Assembly: GCA_036172245.1 (NCBI GenBank)
Contig: JAYWIR010000039.1
Span: 1,240,001 to 1,304,000 of the forward strand
Direction of reading: 5' to 3'
DNA: 64,000 nucleotides
DNA from: Raillietiella orientalis
Lineage: Eukaryota
The position numbers and the translations under genes are program-made. The notes under the pieces are model-generated. The model made no database searches and was not told where the DNA came from. It saw only the letters and a program-made list of their open reading frames with translations. Numbering within the stretch: the first letter of the stretch is position 1; the number at the start of each line of letters is the position of its first letter. Of the stretch, positions 1 to 10,971 are shown piece after piece.

Positions 1-3000
1 TCCTCCTCCCTTTCTTCTCCTCCCCTCCCCTTCGCATCCTGCCTTTGCTCACGCAAGTGTCAGGGAGGATGTGGTCATCGAGGTAGGCACGAAGAGGAGG
101 ACGACCCTTCCGAGACTCATCGGGAAGCTGAAGCTCCCCTGCGATGGCCTCTAGTGGGGATGAAGGACACTCTGCACCACAGCTAGGGGGCACTGGAACG
201 TCCGATTACCAGACCAGGCACAAGGACGGGTTCCGCACCATCATCAGTCCCCGTAGAGATGGGTGCACGCGTGGGGAACTTCGAGGCTGGGAGCTGAGCC
301 CGCCCAGCCTCCCTTCGCCAGACGAGCCGGGTCCATGCCACGCCCTTGGCGTAGCTCAGGAGCGGCGGGCGCCTACGGGAGGGGCATCGGGAGCGCAAGC
401 CCTATCTTTCTGCCCGGACACGTGGCGGCTCCGCCACTCTCCGGCAGACGGCCGGACCCGAGGGTTCCTGAGGGCTCGCGACCCGTCGAGCAGTGCGGTC
501 GTCGTTTCGGGGCACCGGATCGAATCTCGAAGACAGGGCCAGGAGCAGGAGCCTGGCACCAACCTCCAGGCTAACTCACTCAGTGTTGATGACCACAGAG
601 ACTCTGTGCCCGCTGGCGTCAGCACGAGATGGCGCCATACCGCGATGCCGGAAGGGAGTTTCGTGCGTGCAGAGCACCGGACGACGTCCACGCACGTGGT
701 CCTCCTCTTTCTTCGAGGATTCCCAGCCCAAGGGGGAGGAGATTCGGTCTGCGAACCTCGCGATCCGGCGGCGAAGAAAGGGCCGGATCGGAGTCGTCCT
801 CTTCCGATCTCAGCGCGTCCCAGGAAAAGCAGCAGTCCTCTCGGGACGGCTGCTTCGTCGCCGTCGGTCGGAGACCCTTCCCTCGAGGAAGACGACCCGT
901 CTGGTGCTCCCGAAACGCGTCCCGCGAGCATCAAGTACCTGAGAACACCGCCTGTCTCCTGCCTATCTCCCTGGACTCTTCGATTCACTCGGCATTCCCT
1001 CATCCGTCGAGTCTCAGAGCCGCGGGCAACCCACTGCGAACGCTCCTGCTGTCGCGGCTGCTCTTCCGGAGGCGAGGAGGGAAGGGGCGGTCCTCGACAC
1101 GGGCCTTCGTCTTCCTCCGCCTCACCTCTTCTGGCGACGCCGCCGAGTGCTCTCCTTTGGTGTGGGCGGAGCTCGAGGAGAGTGCTTTCTCTTCGCCCTG
1201 GACGCGGTTTCCGCTCTGCATCGAATGCTGGGACGGGAGGGCCGGAGGCCACCAGCGTTCCCGGTTGTTCCAGAGTGACCATCCTGCCCTTGGGCTGCCG
1301 GTCCTCCGCGCCTTTCGCCAGTCACGGTCTGGCGGTTCGGTCAGCGACCGGGGGCATGCCTCGGGGGGACTCTCCTCTCGCGGTGCGTCTTCGGACCGTC
1401 AGGGGTGTCGTCCGTCGCGCCACGAGACCCTGTCTGGGTCGAACCAGGGTCACCGAACGAGATGTGCCCTGAAGCGCCGTCCTGCTGGGTGTCGGGCACG
1501 GTCCACTGTCGAGCGACATGAGGTGGCCTTACGTGTCGCGGAATGTCGCTGTGCGCCCGGTGACCGTTTCTTCACCGCGCGGCATCCTCCGGAACAAACC
1601 TCGCGCTGTTGGGTCCGGGTGGTCAGCAGCTCGAGCAATCTGCCAGCGGCGAAATTGCCGGTCTTGCCCTCGAGGTCAGGCGGACCGAGGCTCCTCCTGT
1701 TGATCGGCCAGCAGCCCAGTTGAGTGCCCCGCTCTGACTGCTCCGTCTCACACGGCGGCTCAGAGTTCGGCAAGAGAGGGAAGGGTTCGCAGGACCGCTG
1801 AAGAGAGACTTCCGCCTCCCGCATCGAGGAGGACACGGAAGAAACTCTGTGCCAGATGTGCCCGCGCTCGCCTTGTTCAGATGCCTGGCGTCATTCCCGT
1901 GGCGTCTTCGCCCGGCAAGTCTTGAAAACGCAGAGGGAATCAGCAAGCAATGGAACGACTCATCACTTCCCTGCATCTTTATCTGCATCTTTGAGCGCTT
2001 CGGGTCGGTACATGTCTCCTCCTTTGCTTTGCACTGGTGGCAGCCACTGCGCACCCTTCCCTCACATCGCTTTCCGGTGCTTGAAACGCTCTCATCGTTC
2101 TTGAGTCTGAAAGAGTCAAGGAGCTCTGCCCACTTCCCCTCCCCTTTCGAAGAAGAATCCTGGAGGAGTCTCGGACTTGTAAACACCACAGTGTTTCTCC
2201 GCTTCCAGACGCCGGAATCCGGAAGAAAAAACTCCTCGCGTGCTGGTCACGTCTGGACCACACGCTCCGCGTCCCTTCCCGCAGGCCCGCGTGCTCCGCC
2301 ATCCTGCCTCCGAGAAACCAGAAACCGGTCTTATTTTTTCCATCCTCCTCGGTCTTCTCTTCCGCTGTTCCAATTACGGGGTCGCTCCCTCTACCTGAAA
2401 GCAACTTCCCCCCTTCCATTCTGACGGATCCGTCTGTAACATCTCTCGGCCAGTGCCCCAGGGGCTGTGGAGTAGCACGGCCATCCATCCCCCAGCTCCG
2501 CAAGTTTTTCGGACGATGGAGAACCACGGCGCCGCCGATGCAGAAACAGAAGGGGACTTCACACAGCTGAAGGGGCGAATCCGCACTTTCGCTCTGTTGC
2601 CTCACGGGCTTCAAGGACTTTGGCACAGAGACTTCCTGTTAACGGAGCGTTTGTTTGAGTCACCGTGAGGATTGGCGTGCTCTCCGATAGCCCTCCAGGG
2701 ACGCAAGTTGGGTTGCTCTTTCAAGAAATGCTGTCCTCTGCATGGGTTGCGCGAAGCATAACGAATCTTTGGTGATTAACCTGCTTCGCTGACCAGGGCC
2801 TTCAGCAGTGAGGACCTGGAGTGCTGCCAACTTTCGCCATTTTCGGGCCTCTCTCCCGTGAAGCCCAGAATGGCTCCTCCTATGGACGTCTCCAAGGTCC
2901 GATTCGACAGGAAGTCTCGCGCAGAGATTCGTGCTGAAGAGACTTTGCTCTCTCGGTGAAACCAAAGCACCGCAGTAATCGGAGTGGCGCTTGTACCACG

Positions 3001-3379
3001 GCAGGAGAGGCATCGGTGGTTTGAGATGCTTGCATTCCTGTAATGAGCACCAGAGAAGCCTTAGTGGACGAGGCATCCTTCTATTTAGAAGACAAAAACA
3101 ACGAGTGGAACAGCAAAAGGTCATCGGGTTCAGCGAATTTCATGCAATCGAGGTGCTTTAAAATTTTTGCCGAGACTCTTTAGATTTGGGGTGCTGAAAA
3201 TTACTCTTAAGGGAGAGGAAACACGGAAGTTCTCTTCCCATTTTCCCTCTCCTTGTCTCCTATTTTCCCCCAAGTGCTGAGGAACCGTTCGCCTCCCTGA
3301 GGCAGGGATGGGATTTCACAAAGCTCTTCAATACTGTCCATCCGAGGGTGAGTATAACCCTTCAAGTTGTAGGGGGTAA

Positions 3380-3975
3380 CCACAGGGGAGTTACCCTATG
3401 AATCCAGGAAGGCTCCGCAGGAAGGAGTCCGTTCCTCTCTTACAAGCGAGGTTGCCGAAGGGAACCCTCGCCCTGGTTGTCTCCGAAGGGATACTCCGGA
3501 GGGGGTCGCTTCTCATTTTCTTCTCCAGTGGGAACCCGTAAGGGAACCGCTTCTTGCTTTCTCCTCTGAAGAGAACCCCAGAGGGACGCCTTGAAGGGTC
3601 CGCTCTCCGAAGGGAGCAGAGTGCTTCTTGATACTCTGGAAAGGTATCGATCGTCAGCTCCATGCTATGCGATGGAAGGTCGCCCCCTGAGGGGAAGGAC
3701 TGCTTCATTTTAACAACCGGAGGGAACCCTGAAAGGGACCGGCTTCTTGATTGCTGAAGGACCCTGGAGGGTCGACTTCGAATCCCGACCCGTCTACGGG
3801 GTCATCCGGTTTCCACCAGTGCCGCGCTTGAAGCCTGTGGACCAGTTAGAGTCATCCCGTGGGAAGGGGGACTCGAAACCCATGACACGCCCTCCGTTTT
3901 CGGCGTCGATCCTTGCCCTGGCGGAATTCGAACCCTCAACTCTTAGTGCCATGCGGCCGCCAACGCAGGGTCTAA
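3380..3975 (-). mobile_element. tRNA-headed SINE-like element, long copy A
   Basis: Pol III B-box GGTTCGAATTCC on the minus strand at 3923-3934. Colinear with 47950-48555 in reverse orientation along about 600 bp, including the end motif ccttcctggattc(a/g)tagggt. Confidence 0.7.
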
Positions 3976-4198
3976 TTCGACAAGAGGGAACTTTCTGGAT
4001 GCCTTTCCGAGCGCTGGCTCTCCTCGGAAGTTCGTTGTTTTCGTACGCTCTGGGAACCCGCTGTTCGCCTTGAGGAAAGTTGGATGAGTTGAAGTACAAG
4101 TTGGATTAATTCTTCTCACGAACGGAGATAGGACGCTTCAAGCTACACGGCGGAGCACGATGGCGACTGTCACCCGGGTGCTCCGAGGCGTTCATTTT

Positions 4199-4323
4199 GT
4201 ATAAAAATAAACACTGACAATCTCTGTGGTTAAACCCGTGGTCCAACCACGTGCAATTTTGCGGAAGTCTGCCGGGTTGCGATGCGCAGGCCGGTGAGGT
4301 CCGCCATGGCAGCAGAGGTAAGT
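4199..4323 (+). other. Candidate promoter and first coding exon (MAAE) of an unidentified gene
   Basis: TATAAAA near 4200, Kozak-like ccgccATGG at 4301-4309, and consensus donor GAG|GTAAGT at 4317/4318. No downstream exon was identified. Confidence 0.28.
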
Positions 4324-4750
4324 GGCGAACAAGAAGAAAAAAACAAGGAATAAAAATAAAAATAAACAAATTTGGGGGCAGGAAGGGATCCCGTCCTGCT
4401 GGGGATGGTCCTCTGCATCTTTTCGAGGATGCCGGAAAGCTCTTGCTGGATGTTGTAGTCCAAATGGGGACATCTCGTTGCCGTCCTCATGAAGCGGACG
4501 GCGAAGTGGATGTGGCACCCCCGTCGCTCCGTCGCCTCCTTGCGTGGCTCCTGGCCGCCACGATCCCGCGTAGGCCGCAGAGAGCTGCTAGCGAGGCTGC
4601 CGCGTACGAGGAGTGGCTTCAAAGCGTCCCCGAAGTTGCTGCCGGTGGTCCCGGAGCGAAGCGTTCCCAGAGGGTTCGGAGGTCAACACAATCCGCAAGC
4701 GGGAGTGGGAGGGATTCGCGCGCTCCCCGCACCTGGCACAGCTCGGGTCT

Positions 4751-4780
4751 ACACACACACACACACACACATAGACACAC
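4751..4780. repeat. (CA)n microsatellite
   Basis: Directly visible. Confidence 0.9.
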
Positions 4781-7700
4781 GTGTCCAGTGATGCCTGTGG
4801 GCGTTGCACGGGAGGGCCCAGTGCAGCAGCAGCGCCGACTCTCGCCACTTCAATGTGAGGGTGGAAAGAGGATGGCGAGGAGCAGTGGCAAAGACGACCC
4901 ATTTCCGCTTCCTCAAGATTAGTCCGAGCTTAATAGTTGTCTTGGTGATCTCGAAGAACCAAGCCGGAGGAAACCCGCTTGTTACGGACGGAATCACCAC
5001 GGAAACCTTCACGTGCACTCAAGTTTTACAAAGTGCGCATTTCAGGTGCAAACACGCACAACTGGAATTTCGAAAATCTGTGGGAGGAAGGACAGCAGGG
5101 AAGAAGTGCAGCGATTTCAAAGCGTCCCAAGAGTAATCAAGGAAATAGTTTGGAAAATGGCTGGGGAAAAAAAAAAAAAAAGCATACAGATGTTGGTATC
5201 CGAGTTATGGAACATCAGGAAAAGACCACTAATGTATTTTAAGGATGAAAGTACGGTATTCGTTTCGGAGCACTGTTGAAGTAAATGCACTTCGATTTAC
5301 ATGTGGAGACCCTCCATCAGAGTAATGCCATCATGGAGCTGGACGGGACGCAGTGTTCACGGAGCGTGTCTGTGTGAGAGATGAAGTGCATGAAGCGATG
5401 CATACACATGGGTTATCAAGTCGGTAGTCAAGCAGGCAATGATCTGCCTCTTGGGTACGAGTAAATTAGGCCCAAAAGAGTGCAGTAATTGGGCTGGGTC
5501 TCCGTGCCAGATAACCCGGGTTTCGATCTTCCGCGTGCTGCATGCATTTGATTTCCGCGCCGACGTCGTTTGCATCCTCGCGTATCAGTGCCGCTGAGGT
5601 CATGACCCTGCCGACGGGATGAATGAAATCTCAGAGAAAGACCTCCGTCTTTGTCTGACGGGACTTATTTTCACTGAGCATCTGCTTGAACCTCCGTGAG
5701 GATCGATGAGCAGAGAAATTGCTCAACAGAAATCCTCAGCATTTCGAAAACCATGCTAAGACGAACACCGGAAAGCTGGGAATGGATGCATGGGGTAAGC
5801 AGTCAGCAACTGTTAAGATCGGAGAGATCATTGAAATGGAATGAATAATTTTAATTTGGGAGGAGGGAGGGAGAAAGAGGGGGGGGGGAACTGCAGTGGT
5901 TCCGACCGAGGAACAGTTGTGCGTTTCCACCCCTGGCAGATCGAAGCTGACACAAGAAAGTGGTTTGGTTCAGAGAGGAAAAATTTATAATCAACGTCGA
6001 GAAGCTGAGCGCTGGCTGCAAGTGCTGGAAGATCTGCACGGGACACTTTTTTCTCTTGGGGATGCATGATTGTGGTTCGTGTTTTTCAGTGTAATCCGAG
6101 GAGGTGAAGTCGATGAGTATTCTCTAGTTTGCCTTTTTTCTTCTTCTTCTTCTTTAAATTGGAACATGTGGGAAGCACACGAGTTGGGCAGGGAGATTTT
6201 TCATCATAAGAACAGACTCTCTCGAAGAGATGTCAGCTGCCCCCGACTCTGCAATCCATCGGCCACAGCGAGCACAAAGAAAGCAAAGTGACAACCGAGC
6301 CTCGACGATAATTGCAGCATTCAGCGCTCAAGACCCTCATTCACCGATCCTGTAATCCATTCTTCTAGACAGATGTTTTATTTCGTTAACGTTAATCGGG
6401 ACTTCTATTACTTCAGCCAGCTATTCCAAAGATTAATTATACGGTTTACGCCGGCTTCTGATTTCTCAAAGTCACGTGTGTGCTTGAGTACAGCCGAACG
6501 AAATGCGAGCCCAAGCAACGAATTTCATTTCTTCTTGGTGGGAAATGCGTTTTACGTAATGGAGCAAAAGTCCACGCAAGTCCGAATCAAATGGGTGGGC
6601 ACCTAGCGCGTAGGGAACCTCCAAGGCGTGTCCAGACCGGCTCAAGTCCGCCTGCCGGCTCTGATTGCTCAATCCGCTCAATCATACAATAAAGTTGGAT
6701 TAATGTCAGTTGAATTCATAAAATGATCAGCGAATGAGATGATCAGAAATGCAGTACTTGGGCTCTTTGTCCGGTCATCACAGGTCGGCATTGCTGTTGA
6801 GATGGAATTTGTAATACGGGTCAGAATAAAAAAAAAGAAAAAAAAAACATGCTTGTGTTGCATTGGGTCAGTTTATAGATTCATAATAGGCTTCGTCCGC
6901 TCCTCTGACTACCGTCAGTATAACGAATGTGGCCTTATCGATCCGAAAAGATACAGCATTCAATCTGATTCTGTGTGCTGATAGTTGATCCTTCAGACTC
7001 TGGAATAGAGGACTATTCGGCAGAAAACCAGTTCTTAAAATTCGTACCATGTGCAAACTAGATAATGGTCTTGTGTAGAAGACCTGACCTCTGTCGAATT
7101 CATGAATGAAGAATCACGATAACAGCAGTTTTTTCTCACGTGGCCTTTCCCTTTAATAAAATCCCGAAGCCATCCATCCGATGGAGAAAAAAAACACTCG
7201 AACTTAATTATCGGGTTCCCATGCAGCTTAGAATAATTTGATTGCTCACTCAAACGGCGCATTTGATGAACAGAGTCGCAAATGTCCATCGCCAGTTGGT
7301 TTTGCAGCTTGAATTCCTCAGCACTGCTTCTCGCGATTCTTCACCGCTTTCCTCTAGTGAAGATTATCCTTTCTTTCCTTGTGGAAAACGGCGTGTTTAC
7401 CGAGCAGCTGCCTCTGGACCTGTCGGTGCCTGCATCGGGGATACGCCAGCCAGGGATCAGCCGTCTATGGCACTGACGATTTTCAAGATCCGTGTCTCAT
7501 AAGCTGTACAAACAGCTACTGGTACACGAGCAGCCGGTATACGAACGAACGTTTCGTCTGCACTGCTCATTGATGGAATGAGCGAAGAGAGGAATAGGCA
7601 TATTCGGAAGCGCGGTAAAGTTATCGATCATCCCACACACACATATGTGTGTTCATTATTTACGTGTGTGTGTACGATGGCCAACTACGAAGGATCTGCT

Positions 7701-8477
7701 CCCTTTGACATTACGTGAATGAAGCCACGTATTCGATTAGCAATTCAGTCTGTGCACGAAGTGCTTTCCATAACTGCCGAAGATAATCACGCAAACCGCC
7801 GATGGGCAGAATTCTTTATGTTTTATTTGTTTCTAGTTCTTTCCTCATTTGAATTCTTCAAAAGCCTTTTGGGAATCTCCTTCTGTGATCGAAGTCCGCT
7901 AAATTGCACCTCTAGGCCGTGTTGATGGGTGCCATTTGCAAAAAGTATTATATTATTTGTGGTAGGGTTTCTCTTTGTTGCTTCTTTCGTGCCTGGAGGC
8001 TTTCAGATTATAATTACAGACTGGGAAGATAGCCGCACAAAACTGATGGCACTCGCGTTTTTACCTCTCTGAGCTGGCACTCCAGCATTGCTTATGCACC
8101 ACCGGACTTTCTTCTCCAGGTTCCACCAAATCGCTGGATCGCATAGTTGCCTAAAAGACTTTGCAACTTCTTAGAAGTTTCGGCATATCCCTGTCAAAGA
8201 CATCCTTATCTTCTTTGCCTGAAATTTTGTAAGGGTTGCAAAAGTTTCCATTTGTTTGTATTCATTATCGGACCTTACGGTGCCATCAGTAGGAAGTTAG
8301 AAATATTCCTTTAGCTAAGGGCAATTATAGTGAAGTTGGATTTATCGCACAGCCTGAATCTGTTTGGTCTATTAATCTGATAGCACCGTTGGAGATTCCT
8401 TAATCGCAACTCTTTGTTTATCAAATTTTATGTAGCTCATAGGCAGTCCGGCCTTGTACCAAAAGCATGAAAGCCTT

Positions 8478-8592
8478 TTTCTGAAGGCACAGTTTGAAGA
8501 TCTTAGAAATGCAGCCAAGTGCAAGATGAATGCAGTGCAATAAATTATGGACGGCAAATGAAACAAACTGATATGTACAGGATTCACAAATC
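8478..8592 (+). repeat. Left copy of 115-bp direct repeat flanking the retrotransposon (putative long TSD)
   Basis: tttctgaag...cagtttgaagatcttagaaatgcagcc...caggattcacaaatc matches 9961-10075 without gaps; 7 mismatches counted by eye. Confidence 0.92.
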
Positions 8593-9960
8593 GCTCCTTC
8601 TTCTATCCCAGCCTAGCTCATTACGAGAGGCTGGGAACTCACCGGAAGGAGCAATGGCAGTATGTCGACGAGCAAATAAGGAAGAAGTTAAAGGAGGCCC
8701 TCCACCTACCATCCTGGGCAGCTAACGAGTATCTGTACGGAGAGAGAACGAAAGGCTGCCTAGGACTAATGAAGCTGGCTCAAGAGTCCGATACCTTCAT
8801 CGTGGACAGCTGCTTCTAACCGCTTACGTCGGCAGACAAAGCAGTAAGTAAACTAGCGAAAACAACCCTGGATGAAATCGTCCAAAAGCTCCGACAGATG
8901 AAAATCTCGGGGAATTCATGACGGGCAAGAAGATCACAAAGCCCGGATGGGATATTGAGAGCCTCTGGTCGAAAGGCAGGAAGGCCTCTAGAGGAGTAGA
9001 AGCCCGCTGGGAGTTTCGACAAGGAGAACCCAGTATCACGGTGGACGGGACACTCTTCACCAGCAGTGCAAGAAGACGGCTAGCCTCCGGCGTAAGAGCA
9101 TTTCAGCGAGAACACGCATGGCAATCCCTCATCGAAAACCACTTTAGTCAAGGGAAGGTCATGGAAGGTCATGCATCACTCTTCAAGCTTCTTCCATACA
9201 AAGGGAATCCACCTAAGGTACCAAGACTACAGGTTCATCCATGCGGCAAGACTGAACCTTCTGCCACTAAACGCCGGACCAACGAAGAATGTACATGACA
9301 GGATATGTCGGCGCTGCGGAACCGAGGACGAGACTTTATCACACGTGCTCAACAGATGTAAAAAGCACGCGCCTCTGACGATGCAGCGCCATGATGCTAT
9401 CCTGGAAATTATCGAGAAGGCCGCAATGGATGAACCCAAGTGGACTCTGGTATCAAGTAATCGCAGAGTGCCAGCAACCACCTCCACCCTGAAACCAGAC
9501 CTGGTTTTAGAGAAACGCGATCGAATAGGTGTGCTGGACATCTCCTGCCCATTTGAAAACGGAAAAGAGGCGTTCACCACATCTAGGAAAACAAAGGAGG
9601 CCAATGATGTCGCCGTGCAACTCGGAAACACTGGGAAAATAACCAAAGTGCAGGCGATCCTTATCGGCTCGCCTGGAGCATGGGATCCTGAAAACGACAA
9701 CGTTCTACAGTACCTAGGAATTCCGAAGAAGAAGCTGATCAGGCTACGACAGCGGATGGTGTATCCGCTTCTCAAGTAGCATCTATGCAACACATGTAAG
9801 AGGGAAAAATGCAGCCCAACCAGATGATCTGGACCATGCTCTCACCCCGGAAGAGAGCACCGAGGAACCGTGAAGAACACGGAGGGAACATCATCCGCGA
9901 AAGATTCTCCAGAGCCATTCCAGCAGCAGCTTTTGTAATAATCCAAAATGCTGAATAAGA
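8593..9960 (+). mobile_element. 5'-truncated, inactivated RLE-type non-LTR retrotransposon (NeSL/Utopia-like)
   Basis: Post-RT region RSFFYPSL...WQYVDEQIRKKLKEALHLPSWAANEYLYG...GCLG; then YRFIHAARLNLLPLN; CCHC knuckle CRRCGTEDETLSHVLNRC; RHD motif; restriction-like endonuclease KPDLV...LDISCPFEN and GAWDPEND. It carries one in-frame stop (~8817) and at least two frameshifts (~8895, ~9170). The 3' UTR ends ...gaataaga. Confidence 0.88.
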
Positions 9961-10075
9961 TTTCTGAAGAAGCAGTTTGAAGATCTTAGAAATGCAGCCA
10001 ACTGCAAGATGAATGCAGTACGATAAATTACGGACGGCAAATGAAACAAACTGATATGTACAGGATTCACAAATC
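9961..10075 (+). repeat. Right copy of 115-bp direct repeat flanking the retrotransposon
   Basis: Matches 8478-8592 and starts immediately after the element's 3' end. Confidence 0.92.
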
Positions 10076-10529
10076 TGGTTTAGAAAAACATTCTCTAAAC
10101 AAAGGCGAGTTTTTTTTGTCTGTTTTTCCAAATGAGAGGCTTTTCTTTGTGCGCTCCAATAACATGAATGACTTTCAAGTCGTTTACTATGCAAAACAAT
10201 GCTGTTAAGCTGACTGTCTCGCTCTTCGCTGACCTTTCACGAAGACATTTCCTAAGCATTCTTCTCCCGTTTACAAAAAAACTGCATATTTTGACCTACT
10301 GCAGCATTCATAAAGGTGCGCTGTTCACTGCGTGATCGGTGGATGGTTTCTGTAATTCTGAGCCGTCAATAAGGAAGAAAAAAAAAAAAAAAAATTACGA
10401 AAACAGTTACAAAGCGAAAATCATAAGCCCAAAGAATTCGATCCAAGGTGAAAAAAGTGGGGCTGGGCATTCATTGCGATTATTAATGAACCGAAGCTGG
10501 AACTTAATTCGATTCTTCATTCACGGCAG

Positions 10530-10971
10530 AAAATGAAGAAAACATTCGTGGGAAACTTCCATCCCAGATGAGGAAGCGTGGCCAACCACCACCGCATCCC
10601 GTGATTTGCACATCACTAGTCGAGTCTGAATCGAGACTTTCCTCCTTAAAACGCCCCCAGAGGGAAACTAGCGAGAAGGCGGAAGTACTCGGGAGGAAGA
10701 ATTTGCTGGCTGTTTTGTATAGCTTCAGCGAAAGAAGGCACGTGTTAAAGACACCCGGACGAAAAAGAGATTGGCGAAATAGCAGCTGAAAGTACAGTTT
10801 TCCAGTGCACACCGCAGGGGACATGGTCACCGAGGGGTGGCGCTGCACGTTTGCAATGAAGTGCATCATCCAAGATGACTGACCAAAGCGTTGGAAATGT
10901 TGCAGAAGCAATGCTCGTTATTATTCCAACATTCCAGGAAATACCAAAGTGTCTGCCCAAATCAAGGCAAC
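10530..10971 (+). pseudogene. Decayed exon with sushi/CCP-domain-like remnants
   Basis: Bounded by cggcag| and |gtaagt. Across frames it reads K(R)GQPPPHP...AVLYS...VL...FQCTPQGTWSP...LHVC, matching the CG.PP / Y.C / C..GTWS..C pattern, with frameshifts and stops. Confidence 0.35.

Noticed and set aside
144..1723. Long overlapping ORFs (442, 364, 308 aa)
   Set aside because: They are R/S/P/G-rich, open in several frames on both strands and show no domain, as expected from high GC alone.
8400..10100. U2 snRNA or rDNA target around the RLE element
   Set aside because: No U2, spliced-leader or rRNA sequence was recognisable in the flanks.
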